Source: Candidatus Saccharimonadia bacterium (GTDB taxonomy: Bacteria > Patescibacteriota > Saccharimonadia > UBA4664 > SCTI01). Taken from it: a stretch of DNA of 64,000 bases. Each line of letters opens with the position of its first letter. Within the stretch, counting starts at the first letter, position 1. Of the stretch, positions 19,800-29,776 are shown one piece after another. Where the stretch lies: assembly GCA_046597065.1 (NCBI GenBank), contig JBKJLI010000003.1:290841-354840 (forward strand). The letters run 5' to 3'. The notes below the pieces were generated by a model. It ran no database searches, had not been told where the DNA came from, and saw only the letters and a program-made list of their open reading frames with translations. The position numbers and the translations under genes are program-made.

Positions 19800-19830
19800 C
19801 GGGCCGGATGCTAACCATGCATCCGGCCCG
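19800..19830 (+). terminator. GC-rich hairpin terminator after nrdJ
   Basis: CGGGCCGGATGC-taaccat-GCATCCGGCCCG perfect 12 bp stem. Confidence 0.7.
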
Positions 19831-19879
19831 TAAAGCTTTCTAGGGCTAAAAATCTTCCCTTTTGCTATAATTGAATCAG

Positions 19880-20143
19880 ATGAAAGTTCATGTTTTATTT
19901 ACCTCAAACACTCCGCTCGACCGCGAGCTTGATCATCTGGACCAGCGCTTAAGTGAGCTGCAAGTTGATCACACTATGGTTGATGCTGATAGCCGAGAAG
20001 GCTCGGCACTTGTTGAGTTGTATGACGCTATGCAGCGCCCGAGCGTTCTCTTAACCACCGACGACGGACAGTTAGCCGAAATGTGGGCAGGTTCGCTGCC
20101 AACACCCGAAGAGCTTTCAGGCCGCTACCACTCAGGATCATGA
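19880..20143 (+). CDS. Small thioredoxin/glutaredoxin-fold-like protein without cysteines
   Basis: VDAD...G..L..LYD....P.VL....DG.....W.G.LP pattern; TATAAT 8 nt upstream. Confidence 0.55.
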   Translation: MKVHVLFTSNTPLDRELDHLDQRLSELQVDHTMVDADSREGSALVELYDAMQRPSVLLTTDDGQLAEMWAGSLPTPEELSGRYHSGS

Positions 20144-20403
20144 TTACTGGCGTATTCGTTAGCTTTATAAATCTGTTCGTATTCTTTTTTAATATCGTTT
20201 TGTTGGCGCGGGTTGTTTGGAGTTGGTTTGACCCCGTGCCCAGCGGCGGAATTGGCCGCATTCTTATCGACCTAACCGAGCCGGTTTTACAACCGATCAG
20301 GCGTTTGCTGCCACCAACCCAAATGCTTGATTTTGCACCGTTATTGGCATTCATTATGCTGCAGTTACTCGCTATGCTTGTAAACGCCAACTTTCCCCAG
20401 TAG
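20140..20403 (+). CDS. yggT: YggT family membrane protein
   Basis: RVVWSWF...LTEPVLQPIRRLLP...DFAP. Confidence 0.9.
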   Translation: MITGVFVSFINLFVFFFNIVLLARVVWSWFDPVPSGGIGRILIDLTEPVLQPIRRLLPPTQMLDFAPLLAFIMLQLLAMLVNANFPQ

Positions 20404-20412
20404 GATTATCAG

Positions 20413-23322
20413 ATGAAGAAAGCCCAAGCAGCAAATCTACCACAGTTCGAAATCGAGCTGTTAAAAACGTGGGAAAATGAGCAAACTTTTGCCGCAAGTT
20501 TACGTCAGCGTGAGGGCAAACAGCGCTTTAGTTTTTATGACGGGCCGCCGTTTGCCAATGGCTTGCCTCATTACGGGCACGTGGTTCCGGTTACCTTAAA
20601 GGATTCGGTTACGCGTTATAAAACCATGCGCGGGTATTATGTACCTCGCCGTAATGGCTGGGACACACATGGCTTGCCGGTTGAAACCGAGGTTGAAAAA
20701 CAGTTAGGTATCAAAAACAAGCGCCAGATACTTGAAATGGGCGTTGATAAGTTCATTAAGGCTTCACGCGACTCGGTATTTAAGTACCGCGGTGAGTGGG
20801 AGCAGTTTTTCGACCGCATTGGACGCTGGGCCGATAAAGATAACGCTTACGCAACGCTAGATGATGATTACATCGAAAGCGTTTGGTGGGCCATTTCAGA
20901 GCTCAACAAAAAAGGCCTGTTATATGAAAGCTTTCGCAGTATGCCATACTGCCCGCGTTGCGCCACCCCGTTAAGCAACTTTGAAGTCAACCAGAATTAT
21001 AAAGATGACACACCCGACCCCAGTGTTTATGTAAAGTTTGCTCTGCTCGATGATCCCACTACCGATTTGTTGGCCTGGACAACCACACCATGGACCTTGG
21101 CCGCTAACGCCGCCCTAGCCGTTGATGCCAAAGCCGACTACGTCACTATCGAGCTCAAGGCCGATGGTGATGGCTGGGCAATGGGCGAAAAGTTGGTGTT
21201 GGCCAAAAAGCGCCTTGATCTACTGGATTTAAAATCCGCCGAATACAAAGTGGTTGAAACCCGCAAGGGCAGCGCTCTGGTTGGGATCAAATACACACCG
21301 CTATATAAGGTTGAAACAACTCCCGAAGAGGGTGCTAAAGCTTACCGAGTTTACGCCGACGATTCGGTTAGCCTAGAAGACGGCACCGGTATTTTGCATG
21401 TAGCACCTCGCTATGGAGAAACAGACCTCGACCTTGGCCAGCGCGAGGGTCTTCCATTGATCGAAAGCGTCGATAGTGATGGCATGATCAAGGCCGATGG
21501 TCCCGTAGCGGCCGGCCAGTGGTTTAAAGACGCCGATACCCACATTATTGCCGACCTTACCACCAAGGGTCGAGTGTTTGCTGCCGAAACCTTTACTCAT
21601 ACTTATCCGTTTTGCTGGCGCTGCGACAGCCCGCTGATGTACTTTGCCACGCCATCTTGGAACGTAGCCGTTACTAAAATTGTAAAACAGCTTGTTTTAA
21701 ACAATCAGCAAATCACTTGGGTGCCTGATCACGTTAAGGCCGGCCGCTTTGGCAACTGGCTGGCCGACGCACGTGACTGGGGGATTAGCCGCAATCGTTT
21801 TTGGGGCAATCCGCTACCAATCTGGCGTAATGTAGACGAACCCAGCGATATCATCGTGGTTGGCAGTCTGGATGAGCTTAAGGAGCTGGCCGGTAAGTTG
21901 CCTAAAGATCTACACCGACCCGAAATCGACAAGATCGTTATTAAGCGCGACTCTAAAACCTACCATCGCGTTGAAGAAGTACTTGACTGCTGGTTCGAAT
22001 CTGGAGCCATGCCCTTTGCGAGCAACCATTATCCATTTAATAAGAACAATGATTTTAATCAGACCTTTCCGGCTGATTTTATCGCCGAAGGAATTGATCA
22101 AACCCGCGGCTGGTTTTACACCTTACACGTTTTAGCCACAGCGCTGTTTGGCCAGCCGGCCTTTAAAAACGTAGCCGTTAACGGTCACGTTCTAGCGGCC
22201 GATGGTTTAAAGCTTAGTAAACGCTTACGTAATTATCCGCCGCTTGAGGAGGTTTTTGATACCGTTGGTGTTGATGTTTTACGTTTCTTTATGATGAGTA
22301 GCCCAGTGGTAACCGGTGAAAACGTGCGTTTTTCGCGCGATGCCCTTGCCGACGTTCAACGTAACGTCTTTTTACGTCTGTGGAACGTGCACAGCTTTTT
22401 TACCACCTATGCAGAGGTAGATAATTGGCAGCCTAGTGCTGACGCGCTAACCAAAGCACCAGAATCTTTAAACGTGCTCGACCGCTGGATGCTGGCCCGG
22501 CTCGACCAAGCAACAGGCGAAGTTACCAAGCAGGCCGATAGCTACCAGCTGGCACGAGCTACCAGGCCAATCATCGAACTAATCGACGACCTTTCTAACT
22601 GGTATGTGCGCCGCAGCCGCCGTCGGTTTTGGAAAAGTGATGCCGATGCCGATAAGCAGTCGGCTTACTCCACGCTTCATTTTGTATTAATTCGTACCGC
22701 TCAGCTGCTAGCACCATGGAGCCCATTTATGGCCGATAAATTATGGCGCGAGCTAACGGTTGATATGGGAGATAGCGTGCCAAAGTCGGTCCACTTAAGT
22801 GACTGGCCAGAAGCAGGGGAGGCTGACGATAAAATAATAAAGCAAATGGCCGACGCACGAGAAGTAATCACAAAAAGTTTGTCTGATCGGGCTGAGCACG
22901 GTATTAAAGTTCGTCAACCTTTGGCCGCCAAGCTTAGTGCGCCAACAGAGTTGGTTGAAGTCATAGTTGAAGAGCTTAACATTAAGGTCGAAGACAAAGT
23001 CACCGCATCCGATAAAGTCAGCGTCGAAATCGACTTTAAGCCAACACCCGAATTACTGCGCGAGGGAATGGCCCGGGATATAATTCGTCAGGTTCAGCAG
23101 TTGCGCAAGGCCGCCGACCTCCGGGTAGATCAACGTATTAAGCTATCGGCTAGTGCCGACGACAAGGAGCTATTTGCGACCCTGACCGACCACAAACAGC
23201 TGATTGCCGATGAGACACTGGCGACCAAAATAGAGATCGTAGACGAAATCAAAGCGGAGCATCAGGCAACCGCAAAGATCTCTGGAGTCGAGTTGACCAT
23301 CGGTCTACAGCCGACCGACTAG
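20413..23322 (+). CDS. ileS: Isoleucine--tRNA ligase (type 2-like)
   Basis: DGPPFANGLPHYGH, WTTTPWT, DWGISRNRFWG, EGIDQTRGWF, KLSKRL. Confidence 0.96.
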   Translation: MKKAQAANLPQFEIELLKTWENEQTFAASLRQREGKQRFSFYDGPPFANGLPHYGHVVPVTLKDSVTRYKTMRGYYVPRRNGWDTHGLPVETEVEKQLGIKNKRQILEMGVDKFIKASRDSVFKYRGEWEQFFDRIGRWADKDNAYATLDDDYIESVWWAISELNKKGLLYESFRSMPYCPRCATPLSNFEVNQNYKDDTPDPSVYVKFALLDDPTTDLLAWTTTPWTLAANAALAVDAKADYVTIELKADGDGWAMGEKLVLAKKRLDLLDLKSAEYKVVETRKGSALVGIKYTPLYKVETTPEEGAKAYRVYADDSVSLEDGTGILHVAPRYGETDLDLGQREGLPLIESVDSDGMIKADGPVAAGQWFKDADTHIIADLTTKGRVFAAETFTHTYPFCWRCDSPLMYFATPSWNVAVTKIVKQLVLNNQQITWVPDHVKAGRFGNWLADARDWGISRNRFWGNPLPIWRNVDEPSDIIVVGSLDELKELAGKLPKDLHRPEIDKIVIKRDSKTYHRVEEVLDCWFESGAMPFASNHYPFNKNNDFNQTFPADFIAEGIDQTRGWFYTLHVLATALFGQPAFKNVAVNGHVLAADGLKLSKRLRNYPPLEEVFDTVGVDVLRFFMMSSPVVTGENVRFSRDALADVQRNVFLRLWNVHSFFTTYAEVDNWQPSADALTKAPESLNVLDRWMLARLDQATGEVTKQADSYQLARATRPIIELIDDLSNWYVRRSRRRFWKSDADADKQSAYSTLHFVLIRTAQLLAPWSPFMADKLWRELTVDMGDSVPKSVHLSDWPEAGEADDKIIKQMADAREVITKSLSDRAEHGIKVRQPLAAKLSAPTELVEVIVEELNIKVEDKVTASDKVSVEIDFKPTPELLREGMARDIIRQVQQLRKAADLRVDQRIKLSASADDKELFATLTDHKQLIADETLATKIEIVDEIKAEHQATAKISGVELTIGLQPTD

Positions 23323-23362
23323 TCTGAAAACTCCAAATCTAGTTAACGTATAATAAGTCTTA

Positions 23363-24472
23363 ATGTTTAAGTCGCGGTTTTGGAAAAACTTTGATTGGGT
23401 GCTTTTTGGTCTGGCGATAATTCTGACGACCATTGGCTTGCTGGTGATTTACTCCACCTCGTTTAAGGCCGCCAACTTAATTTCACCGGTTGATGCTAAG
23501 AACCAGTTAATTTTTGCGGCCATCGGCCTGGTCGGGTTAATTTTGGCCGCCCGGATGGACTACCGTGGCTGGGCCAAACTAACACCAATAGTTTACGTTT
23601 TAATGATCATTAGCCTAATTGCAGTGCTAGTTTTGGGTAAAACCGCCTTGGGAGCCACGCGCTGGATCAACCTAGGCTTTTTTCAGTTTCAGCCGTCAGA
23701 GTTTGCCAAACTAGCCATGATTTTGGTGCTGGCGAAGTACTTTACTAGCAATTACGACTTTATGGAAAACCCCCGCCACTTAGTTGTTTCGCTGATTTAT
23801 GTCTTGGTTCCAACAGGGTTGGTTCTGGCACAGCCCGATTTGGGCACCGCCCTTGTACTACTAGTAATCTGGTTGGTTATGGCCATAGTAGCGCGGGTGC
23901 GGTGGGGCTATTTGGTGGCTCTGGCTGCGGTAGGACTAGCAGCTATCCCAATGCTGGTCCCATTACTTAAACCATACCAACGCTCTCGGCTTGAGGTGTT
24001 TTTAAACCCAACCGCCGATCCACTTCATACCGGCTACAACGTTGTTCAGTCAACAATTGCTGTTGGAAGTGGGCAGGTATATGGTCGCGGCTTAGCCTCG
24101 GGCAGCCAGTCACAACTAAACTTTTTACCATCTCAGCACACCGACTTTATTTTTGCGGTATTGGGGGAAAAGCTAGGCTTCATTGGTGGCATGTTAGTAA
24201 TCGTACTGTTTGTCGCCCTACTACTGCGCGGCCTATCGATCGCTGCCAGCGCCGAGGACCGATTTGGGGTGTTTGTGGCCTCCGGTATAGTTACAATGTT
24301 GCTGTTTCATCTGTTCATTAACATTGGCATGAACGTTGGTTTACTGCCAGTTACCGGCATTCCGCTACCGTTTGTTAGCTATGGTGGTACCAGTCTGTTA
24401 GTTTCGCTGGTTGCAATTGGTCTGCTAGAGTCAATTGCCGTACGTCGCAAAAAACTACAGTTTTCGGCTTGA
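23363..24472 (+). CDS. rodA: SEDS peptidoglycan polymerase RodA
   Basis: GATRWI, FQPSEFAK, QPDLGT, HTDFIF, GIPLPFVSYGG. Confidence 0.93.
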   Translation: MFKSRFWKNFDWVLFGLAIILTTIGLLVIYSTSFKAANLISPVDAKNQLIFAAIGLVGLILAARMDYRGWAKLTPIVYVLMIISLIAVLVLGKTALGATRWINLGFFQFQPSEFAKLAMILVLAKYFTSNYDFMENPRHLVVSLIYVLVPTGLVLAQPDLGTALVLLVIWLVMAIVARVRWGYLVALAAVGLAAIPMLVPLLKPYQRSRLEVFLNPTADPLHTGYNVVQSTIAVGSGQVYGRGLASGSQSQLNFLPSQHTDFIFAVLGEKLGFIGGMLVIVLFVALLLRGLSIAASAEDRFGVFVASGIVTMLLFHLFINIGMNVGLLPVTGIPLPFVSYGGTSLLVSLVAIGLLESIAVRRKKLQFSA

Positions 24473-24537
24473 GTCTGCCATCTTTACAAACCGAGACATT
24501 TTAGCTATAGTACCTAGGTTAATTAAGCAAGAATTTG

Positions 24538-24900
24538 ATGCAAGCAGTCATTAAAAGTGGTGGAAAGCAGTACCTAGTTGAACTCAACCAAACGATTGAG
24601 GTTGACCTGCTTGACGCCGAAACCAAAAAGATTGAGTTTGAACCATTGATGGTCATCGATGGTGATAAGATCAGCGTCGGCACCCCAGTGGTGAAGGGCG
24701 TGATTGTGGCTGCCGAGGTAGTCGGACAATCTAAAGGTGAAAAGCTCAAAGTGCTCAAATTCAAAGCTAAAAAGCGGGTGACTAAGCTAACCGGCCATCG
24801 CCAGCATTACACCAGCATCAAAATCGCTTCTATTGGAGCCGCTAAAATCGCTAGTAAGCCGACCGCAGCTAAAGCTCCTGTCAAAACCGCAGCCAAATAG
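24538..24900 (+). CDS. rplU: 50S ribosomal protein bL21 with Lys/Ala tail
   Basis: AVIKSGGKQY, GHRQHYT. Confidence 0.95.
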   Translation: MQAVIKSGGKQYLVELNQTIEVDLLDAETKKIEFEPLMVIDGDKISVGTPVVKGVIVAAEVVGQSKGEKLKVLKFKAKKRVTKLTGHRQHYTSIKIASIGAAKIASKPTAAKAPVKTAAK

Positions 24901-24967
24901 TCGGAAGCGGTTTTAGTGCCAGTCACCATCTGGCATGCTAAAATACTTATGATAATAACGAGGGTTT

Positions 24968-25741
24968 GTGGCACACGTAATTGCGATTGCCAATCAAAAG
25001 GGCGGGGTTGGTAAAACTACCACCACTATAAACTTGGCTACCTATCTGGCTAAGCGCAAGCAGCGAGTTTTAGTGGTCGATTTAGACCCTCAGGGTAACA
25101 CCACCAGCGGCTTTGGTATTGATAAGAACGCTCTTGAGATTACTCTATATGATGTATTAATGAACGGGCGCCATGCTCATGAGGCGGCCCTAAAAACCAG
25201 CTTTCACGATGTTGTTGTGGTTCCCGCAGCACCGGTATTGGCTGCCGCCGAGGTTGAGCTGGTTGGCGCCGATCGTCGCGAGTTCCGCTTGCGCGAGGTG
25301 CTGGCTGATCTACCTTACGATTTTGTTCTAATCGACTGTCCGCCATCACTGGGGCTATTAACCATTAATGGTCTGACTGCCGCTGACTCGCTGTTAATAC
25401 CGGTCCAGGCCGAGTTCTACGCGCTTGAAGGATTGGGCCAACTGCTTAGTACTGTCGACTTGGTGCGTCAGGCGCTAAACCCCAGCCTCGATTTACTTGG
25501 CGTAGTCTTGACAATGCACAATGGCCGCACGACGTTGAGCCACCAGGTTCATGCCGAAGTACGTAAACATTTTCCAGACAAGGTGTTCGACACTATTATT
25601 CCCCGCAATGTTCGCTTAGCCGAGGCCCCAAGCTATGGACAGCCCATAAGCCATTACGACCGCTGGAGTAAGGGCGCTCGTAGTTATCACAGCTTGGCTA
25701 AAGAGGTGATGCAGCGGGTTAAAGTTAAGGTGGTGACATGA
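24968..25741 (+). CDS. parA: ParA/Soj partitioning ATPase
   Basis: NQKGGVGKTT, DLDPQGN, IDCPPSLG, IPRNVRLAEAPS. Confidence 0.96.
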   Translation: MAHVIAIANQKGGVGKTTTTINLATYLAKRKQRVLVVDLDPQGNTTSGFGIDKNALEITLYDVLMNGRHAHEAALKTSFHDVVVVPAAPVLAAAEVELVGADRREFRLREVLADLPYDFVLIDCPPSLGLLTINGLTAADSLLIPVQAEFYALEGLGQLLSTVDLVRQALNPSLDLLGVVLTMHNGRTTLSHQVHAEVRKHFPDKVFDTIIPRNVRLAEAPSYGQPISHYDRWSKGARSYHSLAKEVMQRVKVKVVT

Positions 25742-26694
25742 GCGGTCCGCAGCGTGGTTTGGGCCGCGGTTTAGATTCGCTTATTCCCACCCAATTGCCT
25801 GGGTCAAATCCTGCCCAGCCTGGTACAACAAATGACGTAGCCAGGCCGGTTGCAAGACCATCAGACAATCAAAATCTCAATCCTAAAGGAGAGGTCAAGG
25901 TTGATGCTGTCATTCAAGTGGCGCCTAACGACATTCAGCCCAACCCCCACCAACCTCGGACCGAGTTTGAGCCCGAGGCACTTACCGACCTTGCTGATTC
26001 GCTTAAGACCCACGGAATTCTACAGCCGCTTGTCGCGACAAAGAGTGCCGATGGTTACCAGCTGATTGCCGGTGAACGCCGGTTGCGCGCCGCTAAGCAA
26101 GCTGGGCTTAAGACCGTGCCAGTGATTGTCCGCAGTTTTGACAGCCAACAAAAACTAGAGCTGGCTTTGATTGAAAACATTCAACGCTCACAACTAAACG
26201 CCATCGAAACCGCCAAGGCTTATCGCAAACTTATGGACGAGTTCCATTTGGATCTTGATGCCGTTTCAAGGCGCGTAGGTAAAGCTAAATCGACCGTTTC
26301 GAACCAACTGCGCTTGCTCAGTTTGCCCCCGGCGGTACAAGCTGCCATAGCTAACGGCCAAATTGCCGAAGCCCACGGTCGTGCATTATTATCCATTGAT
26401 AGCCCCCAGCGGCAAGACGAACTGCTTAAACAGATTATCGATCAAAGCTTAAGTGTCCGTCAGATTGAAGAACTAGCTCGTGCCCATAAAGCCGCACCAA
26501 CGCCCGCTGCATCCCAACCACCGGCTCGCCCAGACATTCCGTCCGCTTCAAGCCTAGTTGCTGGCGAACTGTCGACTGCACTGCATACCAAGGTCATCAT
26601 CCAAGCTAAGGCCAAGGGCGGGCGTTTGATTATTAGCTACCGTGACACCGCCGAGCTCCAGCGCATAAGCAGTAGCATTACCAAGAAAGTTTAA
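25738..26694 (+). CDS. parB: ParB/Spo0J partitioning protein
   Basis: GLGRGL, NPHQPR, IAGERRLRA, ALIENIQR, HTH. Confidence 0.96.
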   Translation: MSGPQRGLGRGLDSLIPTQLPGSNPAQPGTTNDVARPVARPSDNQNLNPKGEVKVDAVIQVAPNDIQPNPHQPRTEFEPEALTDLADSLKTHGILQPLVATKSADGYQLIAGERRLRAAKQAGLKTVPVIVRSFDSQQKLELALIENIQRSQLNAIETAKAYRKLMDEFHLDLDAVSRRVGKAKSTVSNQLRLLSLPPAVQAAIANGQIAEAHGRALLSIDSPQRQDELLKQIIDQSLSVRQIEELARAHKAAPTPAASQPPARPDIPSASSLVAGELSTALHTKVIIQAKAKGGRLIISYRDTAELQRISSSITKKV

Positions 26695-26701
26695 TCTTTT
26701 A

Positions 26702-27340
26702 TTAGAACGAGCGTACTTGGTCAAAGGGGAACAGGCGCAACACTACGTTGCCAACAATATCTTTGGTGGGCAAAAAGCCCCATTCGCGAGAGTCACTTGA
26801 GCCATTAGGTGTACGATTATCACCAAGCACAAACACATTGCCATCTGGCACCACTAAGTCAACTGGGTTGTCGCTGCTGTCACCCTGAGTGTAGCTACCA
26901 TTAGTTTGAATATTGGCATCAGGGTTGTAGCCGCCGGGGTTGCTTGAGCTGTAAACCCGCACCTGGCCGTCCTTAATGGTGATCCGATCTCCAGGCAACC
27001 CAACCACACGTTTTACAAAGTCGATGGTGGGGTTTTTGGGATAATGAAACACAATAATTTGCCCATGCTTTGGATAGTAGTTGCCTCCAGTTACCAAAGC
27101 TTGGCTGCTAGAAACTCGCGAAATAATTAGGTAGTCAGAGTTTTGTAATGTTGATGTCATGCTACTGCCCTCAACGTGATAAGCGCTAAAGATATAAAAG
27201 TGCAAAAAGTAGATCAAAGCTGCCGGGATCAGGATCCAGCTAATCAGCCAGTGAGACAGTATTTTGGTGATAACTCCGGGTCCCGAGGGTGGCTTTTGGC
27301 CAGGCTCAGACGTCGTGGTATAGGGTGTTTGTGATTCCAA
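26702..27340 (-). CDS. lepB: Signal peptidase I
   Basis: GSSM, FVKRVVGLPGD, FVLGDNR, SDSR.WG. Confidence 0.93.
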   Translation of the reverse strand: MESQTPYTTTSEPGQKPPSGPGVITKILSHWLISWILIPAALIYFLHFYIFSAYHVEGSSMTSTLQNSDYLIISRVSSSQALVTGGNYYPKHGQIIVFHYPKNPTIDFVKRVVGLPGDRITIKDGQVRVYSSSNPGGYNPDANIQTNGSYTQGDSSDNPVDLVVPDGNVFVLGDNRTPNGSSDSREWGFLPTKDIVGNVVLRLFPFDQVRSF

Positions 27341-27431
27341 GATGGCTCTAAATTACCAGTAGCATTATAGGGGTAGACCGCCTAAGCGACAACCTTTACG
27401 GCCGTGCCTACAAGCCGCTATACTGGGGCTA

Positions 27432-28991
27432 ATGGATAACCCAAAACCGGCAGCGCGCCGGCTAGACGGACCGGCGCGAGGCCGTCGTCATGGCCGTAAA
27501 CCTGCACAACCCTTACCAACCTCAAAGCCCAAAGCCGATGCTTTAACTACCATTGAGCAGGTGGATGCCGATGGCAACTTGGTGGGCACTGATGCACCCA
27601 AGGAAGCCTTGGGTATACTGCTAGCTCAACCATTGGCACCAACTAGCGGCTCAAAGCCAACCGCCCTAAAGCCTAAAGCCGGCTGGCGTCGGCACTTTAG
27701 CCGCAAGCGTGTGGTTATAGCGGTAGCCGTGCTTTTGCTTGCTCTGCTTGGGACACTTGGGGTCAAGGCGGTACTAGCTAGCCAACGCATCATTACCAAA
27801 AACTCCGGCGGCGGTGCACCGGTGCTGGCCGGCGCGGTTGACCCTACTAAATTGAAGGGTGAGGGCGATGGCCGAATTAATATTTTGCTGCTCGGGATTG
27901 GTGGATCGGGCCATGATGGCGGTCAGCTGAGCGATACCATGATGGTAGCAAGCATAGATCCGGTTAATAAAACCGTGGCCATGCTCAGTATCCCTCGTGA
28001 TCTCTATGTAAAGGTTCCAGGTTATGGTGCCACCAAAATTAATGCTGCTAACGCATATGGTGGTCCAGATTTAGCCAAGACGGTTGTCGGCCGTATTCTT
28101 GATTTGCCGATACATTACTATGTGCAGCTCGACTTTAGTGGATTCAAGCAAGCCGTGGATAGTGTTGGCGGTGTCGATATCAAGAATACCGAAAAACTGT
28201 ATGATCCAGATTATCCTTGTGACAATGATCGCGGCTACTGCAGCTTTAATTTGCCAGTTGGCCAGTACCATATGGATGGTAAAATGGCCCTAAAGTTTGC
28301 GCGATGTCGCCACGGCTCGTGTGGTAATGATTTTGGTCGCGCCGCCCGCCAGCAGCAGCTATTAATTGCTTTGCGCCAAAAATCGCTACAGGCCTCAACA
28401 CTATCCAATCCTGTTAAGCTGGCCGGTTTAATCGATAGTATCGGTAACCACGTGCGCACCGATATGCAACTTAATGAAACCGAAAAGATGGCCAGTATTA
28501 TCAAAGACCTAGATGCTACCAAGGCCACTTCCAAGGTGCTCGATAATACTGCCGAGGGTTTACTGGTTGACGGAAGCGGCCAGTTCCCTGGCGCCGGCTC
28601 AATTTTGATTCCCAAAGCTGGCCCGTTTGACTACAGCGATATTCAAGAACTGGCCCATAGCATTTTTGCCGATGCCTATTTAAAACAAGAAAATGCCGGC
28701 GTAGCAATTCAGAATGGTACATTACGCGGGGGTCTGGGTGCGGCGGTAGCAAAGCAGCTCAAAGCTTACGGCTATAATATTTCGAGTGTTGGCACAGCCG
28801 ATACCCAAAATCATGCCACAAGCACCATCATCGACTACAGTGGCGGCAAAAAGCCTTATACCGTTAAGTATTTGCAGAACCGTTTTAAGGCTAACGTGCT
28901 GGTAGAAACACGGCCATCCAATTCTTCAGCCACACCTCAGCCAGATATTGTTATAATAGTGGGTAATAATTACAAACCAACCACCCAGTAG
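27432..28991 (+). CDS. LCP (LytR-CpsA-Psr) family protein with LytR_C domain
   Basis: TM anchor, NILLLG, SDTMM, SIPRD, DFGRAARQQ, C-terminal NGT...GL. Confidence 0.9.
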   Translation: MDNPKPAARRLDGPARGRRHGRKPAQPLPTSKPKADALTTIEQVDADGNLVGTDAPKEALGILLAQPLAPTSGSKPTALKPKAGWRRHFSRKRVVIAVAVLLLALLGTLGVKAVLASQRIITKNSGGGAPVLAGAVDPTKLKGEGDGRINILLLGIGGSGHDGGQLSDTMMVASIDPVNKTVAMLSIPRDLYVKVPGYGATKINAANAYGGPDLAKTVVGRILDLPIHYYVQLDFSGFKQAVDSVGGVDIKNTEKLYDPDYPCDNDRGYCSFNLPVGQYHMDGKMALKFARCRHGSCGNDFGRAARQQQLLIALRQKSLQASTLSNPVKLAGLIDSIGNHVRTDMQLNETEKMASIIKDLDATKATSKVLDNTAEGLLVDGSGQFPGAGSILIPKAGPFDYSDIQELAHSIFADAYLKQENAGVAIQNGTLRGGLGAAVAKQLKAYGYNISSVGTADTQNHATSTIIDYSGGKKPYTVKYLQNRFKANVLVETRPSNSSATPQPDIVIIVGNNYKPTTQ

Positions 28992-28995
28992 GTAA

Positions 28996-29757
28996 ATGAA
29001 TCCACAGCTTTTAATTTTTGCCTTTGTCCAGATTGCGCTCGCCAGCGCGGTGCTATTTTTGGGGCACTATGGTTACGGGTGGATTGCCGCCGTGCTTACG
29101 CTGCTGCCAATTGTGGCCTGGTGGCTTAATGGAGGCAGAGGTGCGGCCGGTTTGCGCGAGCAAATACCCAGTGCCATCATCGGCCTATCGGTGGCCGGAC
29201 TAATCAGCTTAAATCAACCACCAGTTGGATCGCCGGTTCTGCCACCAGCTGCTCAAGTTGGGCTGGCGATATTATACGCTGCATGGTTAATGTTGATGCC
29301 TCGTTATGGTGACAAGCAGAGCTGGCAGCTTGGCTTGGCCGCTGTTGCTCAGTTTTTGGGGGTAGCCACCGTTTTTCTGGCCACCGCATTTTGGCACTGG
29401 CCCGAAATTGTGGTTGTGGCTGCAACATGGGCGATTAGCTTTGGATTGGCCTGGTGGTTCTTAGAGCTTAAAGGAGAACGCTCCAGCCAGATCTTAGCTG
29501 CAACCTGGGGATTAATAACGGCTGAAATTAGTTGGGTACTTTTTAACTGGCAGGTTAACTACACTCTGTTCGGTGGATATATTATTATTCCACAAGCCGC
29601 CATTATCATGGCCGGCCTAGGTTACTGTATTGGCAGCATTTACGTTATCCACGCAAGTAAACGCCTGAGTCGCCGTCGGCTAATCGAGTATGTCACCATC
29701 GCCGGAGTGTTACTTGCAATCGTTATTGCCGGAACCCGCTGGAACGGCATCGTTTAA
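28996..29757 (+). CDS. Polytopic membrane protein, unknown function
   Basis: 253 aa, many hydrophobic segments, co-oriented with LCP and HtrA. Confidence 0.75.
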   Translation: MNPQLLIFAFVQIALASAVLFLGHYGYGWIAAVLTLLPIVAWWLNGGRGAAGLREQIPSAIIGLSVAGLISLNQPPVGSPVLPPAAQVGLAILYAAWLMLMPRYGDKQSWQLGLAAVAQFLGVATVFLATAFWHWPEIVVVAATWAISFGLAWWFLELKGERSSQILAATWGLITAEISWVLFNWQVNYTLFGGYIIIPQAAIIMAGLGYCIGSIYVIHASKRLSRRRLIEYVTIAGVLLAIVIAGTRWNGIV

Positions 29758-29776
29758 TTAATAAGTAGAGGTAACT

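Noticed and set aside
24900-26700. parS site near parAB
   Set aside because: No TGTTTCACGTGAAACA-like palindrome seen by eye
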